Position numbers and translations under genes: made by a program. Below are positions 12,884-26,104 of a DNA stretch of 64,000 nucleotides, in pieces. Each line of letters starts with the position of its first letter. Position 1 is the stretch's first letter. Source of the stretch: Octopus vulgaris (Eukaryota). The stretch covers positions 15,004,001-15,068,000 of the forward strand of contig OX597833.1 of the NCBI GenBank assembly GCA_951406725.2, given 5' to 3'. The notes beneath the pieces were generated by a model, which worked only from the letters and a program-made list of their open reading frames with translations, did not search any database and was not told the DNA's origin.

Positions 12884-14533
12884 TAAAGTAAACAAAAAAT
12901 AGATAATTGTATAAAACAAAGAACAAGTTTTCTAAAAGAGAAGAATACTCATTGTAACCAAGCAGTGCGCTGATTAGTTACCATTAAGTACGTTGACTTT
13001 GAGATTTTCTTTTTCATTTACCTGATTAACAATTGCCAATAGTTATTCTAGTATGCTGGAAAGAAATGGAACCAGTTTCCAGTGAAAGTTCTGAACAATT
13101 GTTAAGATACAATTGATATCCTCTATTCTCAATAATTTCTCTCTGGAATGTTCTCTATACTAAACCCACTTACCTTTATTAATCTTACGGACGCAGTGTT
13201 TCAAATATCATAGTTGTACGAAGGCCATGAACGTACAGAAAATTCAGGTATAAATTTTTATTCAGAAACTTGGGTATTTCAAAGTACTTATTGTCGTAGA
13301 ATCTGTGTTAAGCTACTACTCAACGCATTCTCCATCACAGGCTGTGCATTTAATTGAAGAAAACTTGAAAACGTTCTTTGTCAAAAATAAGGTATGCTCT
13401 GCTCTGTCCACTCCTTTAAAGCCAATTATACCTCGTCCTCTTTTTTCAAAATTTTATCTATTAAGAATTGTTCGACATGGGACCCCACAGGTGGAAATCG
13501 CATGCCACTTGTTTAGCTTAATCAAAGATGTATGATAGAAGGGTGACCACTGATCACTCCGAGTTGCTGATTACCGGATTTGATGCCAAAGATTTATGTG
13601 GACATTACAACCTTCTTTGTTTGTCGCAGGCTATTGAACTACATAGGACTGGGATAAGAGCTATTATGCTATTCCATGAAGAAAGACTTCGTTTCCGAAG
13701 CGATAAGGATGTAATCTTATTTCATCATCTGTCCCCTGATAAATTTGTGCCTTAATTAGCTTCAGATGATTCCTGCAGTTCATAGTAGATTTTGAACCCC
13801 TTTCCTTTAAATCGTGTGTCAGCTGACGATGTAGCCACCATTTCTGATATCCAGTGTCTTCTGCATCTTCTGTGGTACATTTTGAACAGAATACGATTGT
13901 TCAGCACGTTTATTGACTGTGTCTCCTCCGTCCGAATAAATTCATCCACTCATTGGCCATCTGAGTCAGTGGTCGGAGTTAATCGCCTCGCTCTGCGTGG
14001 TTTTACGTCAGTAGCAATTTCCTCTTCTCTAGTCGTTTCGCCCATTGGCTTTGTCAATGGTGTTTTCTCCGTAGAAGACATCTGCTGTAGACGTCCAACA
14101 GCTTTTATATCAGCTTCGTCAAGAACCAAATAATAGTGCGTTGCTTCTGTTTGGAATTAATTATTTACCTGTATTGCAGAAATACAGAAAGAAGAATTAT
14201 TATATTGAAATAACTCCTTAACTAAAAGTACATCGCGAAATACCAAACTGAGTCATTGAAAGTCAAAACCACTTTCGTATTACTTTCGGTACAACCTTCA
14301 CAGGCGTTATTTATTTATTTCTATATTTCTAGTATCTGCAGCTTCGTCCTTCACTATAAATTATTTATATGATTCTATTCTCAGCACTAGTCTTAATGAA
14401 ATATTTTGAATTATGAAATATGTATATCTTTTCTGTAGAATTTGTTTCTTAGGCCATAATAAGTATTTAAAATAGAAAAATGCTAAAGAAATGTACATTT
14501 ATAGATACACACTTGTGTGCAAAAATTATATAC

Positions 14534-14679
14534 GCGCAGGAGTGGCTGTGTGGTAAGTAGCTTGCTTACTAACCACAATTGTTCCGGGTTCAGTCCCACT
14601 GCGTGGCACCTTGGACAAGTGCCTTCTACTATAGCCTTGTGAGTGGATTTGGTAGACGGAAACTGTAAGAAGCCCGTCG

Positions 14680-14734
<55 letters not shown>

Positions 14735-14941
14735 GTGTGTGTGTGTGTGTCTGTGTGTATGTGCGTGTGTGTCAATCGATGCTGGTGTGTTTGCGTCCCT
14801 GTAACCTAGCGGTTCGGCAAAAGGGACCGATAGAATAAGTACTAGGCTTACAAAGATTAAGATTTGCTCGACTAAAGGCGGTGCTCCAGCATGGCTACAG
14901 TCAAATGACTGAAACAAGTAAAAGAGTAAAAGAGTAAAGAG
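14534..14941 (+). mobile_element. SINE family A with internal deletions
   Basis: Homology to family A. Confidence 0.9.
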
Positions 14942-15931
14942 ATATACCCGAACGTATTTAATGCAATGTATGACTTAACAATTTCGAATGATATTGATAA
15001 TTTCTAAAATAGTCATATAACATATAATGTACAACACATAACTTCGTTGATTTTATTAATGGCTGCCTTTTCCTTGCGTATTTAAATGTAATTTAGTATT
15101 CCTCTCTGTGGTTATTTGAAATAACATTTAACAAAAAGTAAAGTCATTTAACGTTCATTTTGAAAGTTCGAAAGTAACACTCGTCTCTGATCAATTGTTT
15201 TTAAAATCAATTTTTCTTTAAATGGAAAATCTACAAAGGAATGCAAGTTATTTTACTGTAAAGTTAACCCCCCGCTGGATTTAATTAAATATTTGGAATA
15301 AAACACTCGTCTAATAAAATATCTAGAAAGCACAACTGGGAATATTTTATGTTAGAAAATACGAATACATCAATATCTTTCCAATTAAAATATTTCCACC
15401 ATTCTTGTAAACTTCTCACAATAATTGATCGTAATTAAATATATCTTACTTTATAAACCATATCGGCATCTTATATTTTCGATCTAGAAGCTACGATTAT
15501 GATAAATACTAATTAGCTAAGAGTTTTTTTGTTTTTTTCGAAAGTATTAAATTTAGAATTATACAAATATGTTGTTTGAAAATTGGAAAAATCTTACATC
15601 TGCTTTGCCTCTGGAAGATTGTTTATTTATTATATATAAAAGAAAATCTTTGAATATATTTCAAATATCTTCACTGAAAGTATCGGATAATCTTGTTTGA
15701 TATGAACGAAATCTAATTTCATTAGTATAAGGAGCTCAATTAAATTTGTTTCATATTTTAGCTAAAAGTACTGTTCGGTGTACAACATAATAAAAATTTT
15801 AACAGTTTCGTGCTCCAATCTTTTCGATTAATATAATATCAATAATAATTCTTTATATGTGCCGCAATTTTGAAGGGAGGGGCACGCCGAGTACATCGAT
15901 TACGGTACTTCGCTGGTACTTATTTTATCGA

Positions 15932-17300
15932 GGGCGGCGAGCTAGCTGAGACGTTAGCACGCCGGGCGAAATGCTTAGCGGTATTTCGTCTGCCGTTACG
16001 TTCTGAGTTCAAATTCCGCCGAGGTCGACTTTGCCTTTCATCCTTTCGGGGTCGATAAATTAAGTACCAGTTACAGACTGGGGTCGATATAATCGACTTA
16101 ATCCGTTTGTCTTTCCTTGTTTGTCCTCTCTGTGATTTGCCCCTTGTGGGTAGTAAAGAAATAGGTATTTAGTCTGTCGTTACGTTTTGAGTTCAAATTC
16201 CACCGATGTCGATTTTGCCTTTCATCCTTTCGGGGTCGATAAATTAAGTACGAGTTACGGACTGGGGTCGATGTAAAGAAATTGGTACTTATTTTATCGA
16301 GGGTAGCGAGCTGGCAGAATCGTTAGCACGCCGGGCGAAATGCTTAGCAGTATTTCGTCTGCCGTTACGTTCTGAGTTCAAATTCCACCGAGGTCCACTT
16401 TGCCTTTCATCTTTTCGGGGTCGATAAATTAAGTACCAGTTACGGACTGGGGTCGATGTAATCGACTTAAACCGTTTGTCTTTCCTTGTTTGTTCTCTCT
16501 GTGTGTAGCCCCTTGTGGGTAGTAAAGAAATAGGTATTTCGTCTGTCGTTACGTTTTGAGTTCAAATTCCGCCGAGGTCGACTTTGCCTTTCATCCTTTC
16601 GGGTTCGATTAAATTAGTGCCAGTTACGCACTGGGGTCGATGTAATCGACTTAATAGCTATGTCTGTCCTTGTTTGTCCCCTCTGTGTTTAGCCCCTTGT
16701 GGGTAGTAAAGAAATAGGTATTTCGTCTGTCGTTACGTTTTGAGTTCAAATTCCGCCGAGGTCGATTTGCCTTTCATCCTTTCGGGGTCGATAAATTAAG
16801 TACCAGTTACGCACTGGGGTCGATGTAATCGACTTAATCCGTTTGTCTGTCCTTGTTTGTCCTCTCTGTGTTTAGCCCCTTGGGGGTAATAAAGAAATAG
16901 GTATTTCGTCTGCCGCTACGTTCTAAGTTCAAATTCCGCCGAGGTCGACTTTGCCTTTCATCCTTTCGCGGTCGATATATTAAGTATCTGTTACGCACTG
17001 GGGTCGATGTAATCGACTTAATCCGTGTGTCTGTCCTTGTTTGTCCTCTCTGTGTTTATCCCCTTCTGGGTAGTAAAGAAATAGGTATTTCGTCTGCCGC
17101 TACGTTCTGAGTTCAAATTCCGCCGAGGTCGACTTTACCTTTCATCCTTTCGGGGTCGATTAAATAAGTGCCATTTACGCACTGGGGTCGATGTCTGTCC
17201 TTGTTTGTCCCCTCTATGTTTCGCCCTTGTGGGCACTAAAGAAATACGAAACGTTGCACACTGGGCGAAATACTTAGCGGTTTCCGGCTGTCTTTACTAT
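15932..17300 (+). mobile_element. Two adjacent SINE family B multimers (head + ~1.6 units; head + 5 units)
   Basis: Units start at ~16350, 16533, 16717, 16900 and 17084 (183-184 bp); TGGTACTTATTTTATCGAGG duplicated at 15914 and 16283. Confidence 0.92.
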
Positions 17301-18339
17301 ATAACAAGCCTGTATATGTTTATTTTTCAAGTACCTTCTAATGGATAATCAGGATCAATTAACTCTATACATCATCATCTCAGACATGCAACTTCTTTAC
17401 CTCATAACTGTGTTTTACTGCTTTTAAATGATTTTTAAATATCTAATTTTATTGCTGATGGTGAGGTAGAACAAGAGCTATCAAAACATATCCATAGCTG
17501 CCCTCTTGTTCCCAAACCATCCAAATTGTATCACCAAGGGATTTGTATGACTACTATCTCTGAGAGCGGAGATATTTCAATAAATCAAGTGCTTACATTC
17601 AATTTAGTATGTATGCAATTTCATTCTGTGTTTTCCTTGCTGAGTCATTAAAGCAATGCACGTTGCTTGTGTGTTATCGTTGCTAAAACGGTGTGTTATA
17701 ATTGTATATCATCACTTAACTATTTATCAACCTACAAAATGTAATTGCTTACATAAAAACAAACAATAATAATAAAAACAAAATGAAGGAAAACTAAAAC
17801 AAAATTCATCACTTAAGTTTCGCGCGTTTTTCTTTTTATTGTTTGTAAGTAATCTACCAACAAATTTCCAAGTTCGACATTTTGTAAAATCTTCCTATAT
17901 TTCTCAACATATTTTTTCTACGTATATTCTGTTTTAGATTCTTTTCTGTCATTTATCACGTGTGATCATGTAGTCATGTAGGATCTATTTCAATTTCTAG
18001 AATTACTGCTATTAATGTTTTATCTCGTTTTCTGTCAGATATTTGAATCTTTTTTTTTTTCGTGAGTTTCGGAGATTTCCATCTTCTTTGTTTTTGTTTT
18101 AGATTTCTTATTTGTATAATGCTAGTAAAACGTTTGATGGCTTCGTATGTTATCTCAAGCTATATCTTTCTTATCTTCTCTGCACAAACGGTTGATACAG
18201 CTTCCATATATGTCTTAGTATATCCGTTAAAGCTGTCTATCGTTTTTCACACATGTCACTCGTGCAGAATATTATTAATACTTTTCTACTCTCAGTAATG
18301 AAGTTAGGCTCCTTTTCATAAATCCCATCACATCCCACC

Positions 18340-18341
<2 letters not shown>

Positions 18342-18397
<56 letters not shown>

Positions 18398-18666
18398 GCC
18401 ACATACATATGTATGTATATATATGTATATATATATATATATTATATATAATATATACATACATACATACATATATATATACATACATATATATATATAC
18501 ATACATATGTATGTATATATGTATATATATATATATATATTTTTGTATACATATATATATGTATTTATGTGTGTATATATATATATTCATGTATATATAT
18601 GTTTGTATACATATATATATGTATATATGTGTGTATGTATATATTCATGTATATATATGTATATTT

Positions 18667-18760
<94 letters not shown>
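18342..18760. repeat. (TA)n/(CT)n/(TG)n microsatellite complex
   Basis: Directly visible. Confidence 0.95.
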
Positions 18761-18762
<2 letters not shown>

Positions 18763-19407
18763 CGAAAATATCGAACAATAGAAGCGTGTGCTCAACACCG
18801 CATTGGTGGATATAATTTCCTTATTTGTGAATTAAGGCTACCATTGGTTACATATGAAATTATCGTTGGGGCTGAACAATTTTTCAAGGTGGTGACATGA
18901 AAAAAGGAGATCGCCTCCATTTTGAAAACAGTCTCCATTCGTTCGCCTCGTACCTCGCAAACTTTGGTAAATAGAACAAAGAACCAAGGGACGTTAATTT
19001 TGAGTGGCTTCTTTTGGGTGTTTGTCTCCCTTCAATTTGTTTTGTCGTCAAACCTTTCTGTGAAAAACTTGCTTTAGGTTGCAAACTTTCCATTTTGTTC
19101 TGGGCGTGGTGTTATTAAAGTAGTGTGCAGAGGTAGTTCGTCCATGGAGCATTTTCTTTATTTGTGTGAAGTTTAGGTGCTATGTTTGTTCATGTTTAGG
19201 AAATGAGGATTTGTGGTAAGGTTGCTCTCGCGGATAGGGACACTGCTTTGAAATATTTGAGTGCAAGATATTGTTTGTGGATGCAGGGAGAAAAGATTTT
19301 ATTTCTAAATTTAGAATGTTATCTCTTGACTGTATAGTGTTTAATTTATCAGTAATACAGAGGTTCACAATCGGCACCCCATCGTCTGTATTATTTGGCT
19401 TTAGCAA

Positions 19408-19775
<368 letters not shown>

Positions 19776-19780
19776 ATATA

Positions 19781-20198
19781 GACGCATGCGTTTCTGTGTG
19801 GTGCATAGCTAGCTTCCCAACCACATGGTTCCAGGTTCAGACTCGGTACCTTGAGCAAGTGTCCTATATAGCGTGGCACCTTGTGCAAGTGTCTTACACT
19901 CGGGACGACCCAAGCCTTGTGAGGGGATTTGGATGAAGGAATCTGAAAGAAGCCCGTCGTATATGCATGAATGTACGTATGCGTATATAAGTTTCTTTAT
20001 GTTTGTCCCACCAACATCGCTTGACATACGATGCTGCCGTCTTTACGTCCCCGTAACTTAGCTGTTCGGCAAAAGCAACCGGTACAATAAGTAATAAGTT
20101 TACAACGAGTAAGTCCTGTGGTTGCTTTGCTCGACTAAAGGCAGTGCTCTAGCATGGCCGTAGTCAAATGACTAAAACAAATAAATGAATAAAAGAAA
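19781..20198 (+). mobile_element. Diverged SINE family A
   Basis: CCACATGGTTCCAGGTTCAG...AAGCCCGTCG...GCATGGCCGTAGTCAAATGACT; short internal duplication near 19845-19895. Confidence 0.85.
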
Positions 20199-20222
20199 GA
20201 ATATACATACATACATACATAA

Positions 20223-20300
<78 letters not shown>

Positions 20301-20500
20301 AATTAGAGATAAAACCACTATTAGGTAAATCAAACTGAAAAACATAAACTAAAACATAGAAATAAAATTAAGTCATACAATCGATTATAATCTAATTTTT
20401 CCCTGTAAGTTTGGATTTAATCCTAAATATATATGTATATGTATATGTATATATATGTATATATATATACATATATATACATATGTATATATATACACAC

Positions 20501-20534
<34 letters not shown>

Positions 20535-20535
<1 letters not shown>

Positions 20536-20589
20536 GCTCTGGCGGGCGCTTCGTGAGACCGGCGCAGAGATACATATATATATATATAT

Positions 20590-20657
<68 letters not shown>

Positions 20658-20692
20658 CTCTGTACCGGTCTCACGAAGCGCCCTCCGGAGCT
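20535..20692. repeat. ~42-bp GC-rich inverted repeat around (TA)n
   Basis: AGCTCTGGCGGGCGCTTCGTGAGACCGGCGCAGAGATACATA versus its reverse complement at 20651-20692 (~4 mismatches). Confidence 0.85.
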
Positions 20693-20861
20693 CCTCATGA
20701 GAAGTGCATGAGGGCGGCCAAGTCTGAAACACATGTGTACTGGCACATCTGTGGCGCAGCTTCGAAGTTATGTATTATATGTGCAGTTCCCTTTTTTTAT
20801 CTCCTTAATTTTTTTTATAAATAATACAAGACCATATTATCAAAAATAAACCTACACGCAT

Positions 20862-20919
<58 letters not shown>

Positions 20920-20935
<16 letters not shown>

Positions 20936-21128
20936 ATGTGTGTAAGTGTTTGTGTATCTGTGTTTGTCACCCCAACATCCCTTGACAACCGATGCTGGTG
21001 CGTTTACGTCCCCGTCACTTAGCGATTCGGCAAAAGAGCCCCGATAGAATAAGTTGTGGGGTCGATTTGCTCGACTAAAGGCGGTGCTCCAGCATGGCCA
21101 CAGTCAAATGACTGAAACAAGTAAAAGA
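20920..21128 (+). mobile_element. SINE family A, 3' half only
   Basis: Begins at the internal microsatellite. Confidence 0.88.
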
Positions 21129-21609
21129 AAAAAAAAGCAGAGTACATTGGAAATAGCTTCTCGAGCACCAAGCAATAATTTATTTCAACACATTACTTAA
21201 TGCACCAGTGTCTAACAGCATTACTGAATTTACTCTAAATGATAATGTCTATACCTAAGGAAACAGACGACCATCGCATTCACTTCTCTAAGTTAATTGA
21301 ATTATTTGGCTGTATATTTTACTTTAAATAAAATAGCCGTTTGAGACTTACATATTTCTGTAGAGTTGATGGACAAGCTCTACTTCTGGCAGTGTTTGTT
21401 ATTTTTCACAAACCTGAAGCCATGTTCTTTCCATATTTCTGACATTACGTCAATATTTTTTTCCCTAAAGCGAATACGGTTCTTCCTCATCTACAATATA
21501 TGCAACACCTACGCTGGTTTTTTTCGGATTTTCTTAACATGAATGCATCCTTCGGCATATCAAACAATCATTTTTTTTTCCAGTTTGTATATTAATGATT
21601 TCAAATCTT

Positions 21610-22174
21610 TGCCACAAGGAGAGGAAATTAAGTCAATTTCATCGGCCCCAGTGTTTCAATGGAAGTTAATTTATCAACCCCGAAACGATTAAAGGCAAAG
21701 TCGACCTCGGCGGAATTTGAACTCAAAATGTAACGGCAGACGAAATACCTATCTCTTTACTACCTATTTTTTTACACAAGGGGCTAAACACAGAGAGAAC
21801 AAACAAGGACATACAAACGGATTAAGTTGATTATATCGATCCCAGTACGTAACTGGTACTTAATTTATCGACCCCGAAAGGATGAAAGGCAAAGTAGACC
21901 TCGGGGGAATTTGAACTCAGAACGTAACGGCAGACGAAATACCTATTTCTTTACTATCCACAAGGGGCTAAACACAGAGAGAAGAAACAAGGACAGACAA
22001 ACGGATTAATTTGATTATATCGACCCCAGTGCGTAACTGGTACTTATTTAATCGACCCCGAAAGGACAAAAGGCAAAGTCGACCTCAGCGGAATTTGAAC
22101 TCAGAATGTAAGAGCAGACGAAATACTGCTAAGCATTTTGCCCGGCGTGCTAACGTTTCTGCCAGCTCACCGCC
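21610..22174 (-). mobile_element. SINE family B multimer (head, 2 units, older terminal unit)
   Basis: Homology; fixed unit junction. Confidence 0.88.
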
Positions 22175-22350
22175 TTCACTTTGTGTAATAATAACGCGAT
22201 ACCATACGTTACTAACATAAAGAGTTAGCAACGAAAATTTATTCATCAAATGCTAAAAGTCACAAAAATATGCATGTTTTCTCATTCTCTCTAATCACCT
22301 GCATCGACCAGATTATCGAATGATTTATACATCACTGCTAACAAGATGCT

Positions 22351-22550
22351 CTCTTTACTCTTTTACTTGTTTCAGTCATCTGACTGCGGCCATGCTGGAG
22401 CACCGCTTCAAGTCGAGCAAATCGACCCCAGGACTTATTCTTTGTAAGCCTAGTACTTATTATATCGGTCCCTTTTGCCGAACCGCTAAGTTACGGGGAC
22501 GTAAACACACCAGCATCGGTTGTCAAGCGATGTTGGGGTGACAAACACAG

Positions 22551-22593
<43 letters not shown>

Positions 22594-22740
22594 CATATAC
22601 ATATATACGACGGGCTTCTTTCAGTTTCTCTCTACGAAATCGACTCACAAGTCTTTGGTTGGCCCGAGGCTACACTAGAAGCCAGTATACACTGAACCCG
22701 GAACCATGTGGTTTGTAAGCAAGATACGTACCACGCAGCC
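22351..22740 (-). mobile_element. SINE family A
   Basis: Reverse-complement homology, with a deletion in the head. Confidence 0.88.
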
Positions 22741-23146
22741 AGTTTTTAATTTTCTTTTCCCTCTTCACCCAAAACCTTTAACTATAGCACCTTTTCAACC
22801 TGGTGGTTACTTGCCAAGTACCGTATTCCAAACTCTTGTGTGCCATTCTCCAACTGCTACTTGTCATTGAAAATTGTCACATGTCCGGCATAGCATAACC
22901 TTTGCTTTGGGTATTCTTCGATTACATTGTCCACTTCGTTCTGTCCTCGAATTTCTTCATTTCGTACATTCTCTTGTATGAATATTCTTAGAATGGACGG
23001 GCACGTCCACGCGTACGTGGGCTCTACCGCGCGCTTAGCTTCGTTCTTTCGATTTCGGGCACGGTAACGCGGCGGAGCAACGGTCGACCGGCGCAGGCCT
23101 GCCGCTACCTCGTGCTAGCCGTGGTTGTCATCTTTCGGGATTTTAC

Positions 23147-24531
23147 GTATATATATACGACGGGCCTCTTTCAGTTTCCGTATAACAAATCCACACACAC
23201 GGCTTTGATTGGCTCGAGGCCATAGTAGAAGACACTTGCCCAAAGTGCCAGCCAGTGGGATTGAACCTGGAACCATGTCGTTCGTAAGCAAGCTGCTTAC
23301 CACACAGCCACTCCTACGCTTTCGTTCACTTTTCGTAAATGGTACACAAGTAACACAGCTAATATATGAGTCACTAAGAGATTTAAATTGAAGTAGCTGA
23401 CATCTTAACCAATATTAATAAATTAAGACTGAATATTGATCTCTAGATGCTAACGGTACGTCTTGTGTAAATCTGTATGTCAAGTAGTGTTGGTTGAGGG
23501 AAATTTTAATGCAATTTCAAGTGAATGTTAAGAGAGATGAGTTAGCTAATAAATTAATTTTACTACAAATTGATAAACACAGAACTGTTTATTACGGACC
23601 ACGTCGTCGCCGTATCGACCGCGTGTATCTCGTGAACGTCTTCTTCCGGCATCGGTCGCGGGTACGTCCACGCGTACGTGGGCTCTACCGCGAGCTTAGG
23701 TTCGTTCTTTCGATTTCGGTCACGGTAGCGCGGTGGAGGAACGCTAAGAAAAATGCTTAGTGGTTTTTCGTCCGTCTTTACACTATGAATTCAAATTCCG
23801 CCGAAGTCGACTTTACCATTCAAAATTTAGGGTCCATAAAATAAGTACCAGTTGAACACTGGGACTGATGTAAACATTTCTTCTCCCCCAAAATTTCTGG
23901 CTTTGAGCCAAAACTTAAAGTCAGTATTCTTAACATGGATATTGCCATTAACGTTTGTATCGTTACTATAAGCCAAACATTCGGCAATATTTCTACCAAT
24001 TTTTGGCATAGAAATGAGTAATAACTTGTAAGAGACTAATTCTTATTCACAGAATTTATGCCATTAACAGACACACTTTGCGAAATTTTAACGACAACAC
24101 TTTTGTGTTTATGAAGTAATAAACAGTTCTGTGTTTATCAATTTGTAGTAAAATTAATTTATTAGCTAACTCATCTCTCTTAACATTCACTTGAAATTGC
24201 ATTAAAATTTCCTTCAACCAACACTACTTGACATACAGATTTACGCAAGAAGTACCGTTAGCATCTAGAGATCAATATTCAGTCTTAATTTATTAATATT
24301 GGTTAAGATGTCAGCTACTTCAATTTAAATCTCTTAGTGACTCATATATTAGCTGTGTTACTTGTGTACCATATACGAAAAATGAACGAAAGCGTAGGAG
24401 TGGCTGTGTGGTAAGCAGCTTGCTTACGAACGACAGGATGTCAAGTTTGGGTAACTGTCTTCTACTATGGCCTCGAGCCGATCAAAGCCTTGTGAGTGGA
24501 TTTGTTATACGGAAACTGAAAGAGGCCCGTC

Positions 24532-24540
<9 letters not shown>
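23147..24540. repeat. Large inverted duplication (arms ~23147-23595 and ~24116-24540), each arm a SINE A 5' half plus ~275 bp of unique flank
   Basis: e.g. GATAAACACAGAACTGTTTATTAC versus GTAATAAACAGTTCTGTGTTTATC; both SINE halves share the diagnostic variant GTTATACGGAAAC. Confidence 0.92.
23741..23917 (+). mobile_element. Old SINE family B monomer (alternative tail)
   Basis: TTCAAATTCCGCCGAAGTCGAC...ATAAAATAAGTACCAG. Confidence 0.75.
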
Positions 24541-24608
<68 letters not shown>

Positions 24609-25141
24609 TGTAAGAGTTGGTATATGTTTGTGTGTCTGTGTTTGTCTCCCCAACATCGATTGACAACCGTTGGTGTGTTTACATCACTGTAACTTCGCGG
24701 TTTGGCAAAAAGAGACCGATAGAATAACGACTAGGCTTACAAGAGTCGATTTGCTCGACTAAAGACGGTGCTCCATGCTGGAACACCGCCTTTAGTAGAG
24801 CAAATCGACCCCGGGACTTACTCTTTGTAAGCCCAGTACTATTCTATCGGTCCCTTTTGCCGAACCGCTAGGTGACGGGGACGTAAACACACCAGCATCG
24901 GTTGTCAAGCAATGCTAGGGGGACAAACACAGACACACAAACATATACACACACATACATATATATATATACATATATACGACATGCTTCTTTCAGTTTC
25001 TGTCTACCAAATCCACTCACAAGGCATTGGTCGGCCCGGGGCTATAGCAGAAGACACTTGCCCAAGATGCCACGCAGTGGGACTGAACCCGGAACCATGT
25101 GGTTGGTTAGCAAGCTACTTCCCACACAGCCACTCCTGCGC
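24392..25141. mobile_element. Two SINE A copies fused tail-to-tail (+ 24392-~24775; - ~24775-25141)
   Basis: Junction GGTGCTCCATGCTGGAACACC; both lack the final ~40 nt. Confidence 0.88.
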
Positions 25142-25592
25142 TTACATATGTGAGCACGCGGTTCTGTGTGCGTTTGTATATGCATGTAAACGTTTGAACT
25201 TTCTTGCAAGTAAAACCAGTCATCACTATACGTCAAACTAAACTTGTTCATACCAAGAATTCAATTACCCAATAATTTCCGAAGTAATCAATTTTTGAGT
25301 AGCATCAGAACATAAATCGTAAATGTACTTCATCTCATTGTTAACGAGCTAATCTAATTAAAGAGGCCGATCTGCAATTGTCATGTTGATACCGTCGCAT
25401 ATATTTCGTAAATTACAAGCTACGATAGACGTAGGCAGGCATCAATTTTTATGAGAATATTTTCGAAATTTAATTAACTGTTGAATGTTAGATTGTAAGA
25501 ATTCATTAAAAGATGCAAGTGGTTTGGTTTCTTTTCTTTTTTTTTAATTTTTCATATAGTATTTGAATTTTTTAATACATATATAATACATA

Positions 25593-25987
25593 GGCGCAGG
25601 AGTGGCTGTGTGGTAAGTAGCTTGTTTACCAACCACATGGTTCCGGGTTCAGTCCCACTGCGTGGCACCTTGGGCAAGTGTCTTCTACTACAGCCTGGGG
25701 CCGACCAAAGCCTTGTGAGTGGATTTGGTAGACGGAAACTGAAAGAAGCCCGTCGTATATATGTATATATATGTATGTGCATGTATGTTTGTGTGTCTGT
25801 GTTTCTCCCCCTAGCATTGCTTGACAACTGATGCTGGTGTGTTTACGCCCCCGTAACTTAGCGGTTCGGCAAAAAGAGACCGATAGAATAAGTACTGGGG
25901 TCGATTTGCTCGACTAAAGGCGGTGCTCGACTAAAGGCGGTGCTCCAGCATGGCCGCAGTCAAATGACTGAATCAAGTAAAAGAGAG
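25593..25987 (+). mobile_element. SINE family A
   Basis: Homology; 17-bp internal duplication TGCTCGACTAAAGGCGG. Confidence 0.92.
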
Positions 25988-26104
25988 TATATATAATGTA
26001 TCGTTCGTATAATTCCGCAGAATGTTGCCGAGGTTGGGGATATTGATATCACATGTGCCATTAATTTTGATCATAATGATGCATAATTATGAAAAGAAGG
26101 ATGG

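Noticed and set aside
16533-16716. Hammerhead ribozyme within the 184-bp SINE B unit
   Set aside because: No CUGANGA core with matching GAAA stems on either strand; only small GTCGA hairpins
15932-17300. Regularly spaced repeats suggesting a CRISPR-like array
   Set aside because: Whole 184-bp units repeat with no unique spacers; no cas genes; eukaryotic SINE context
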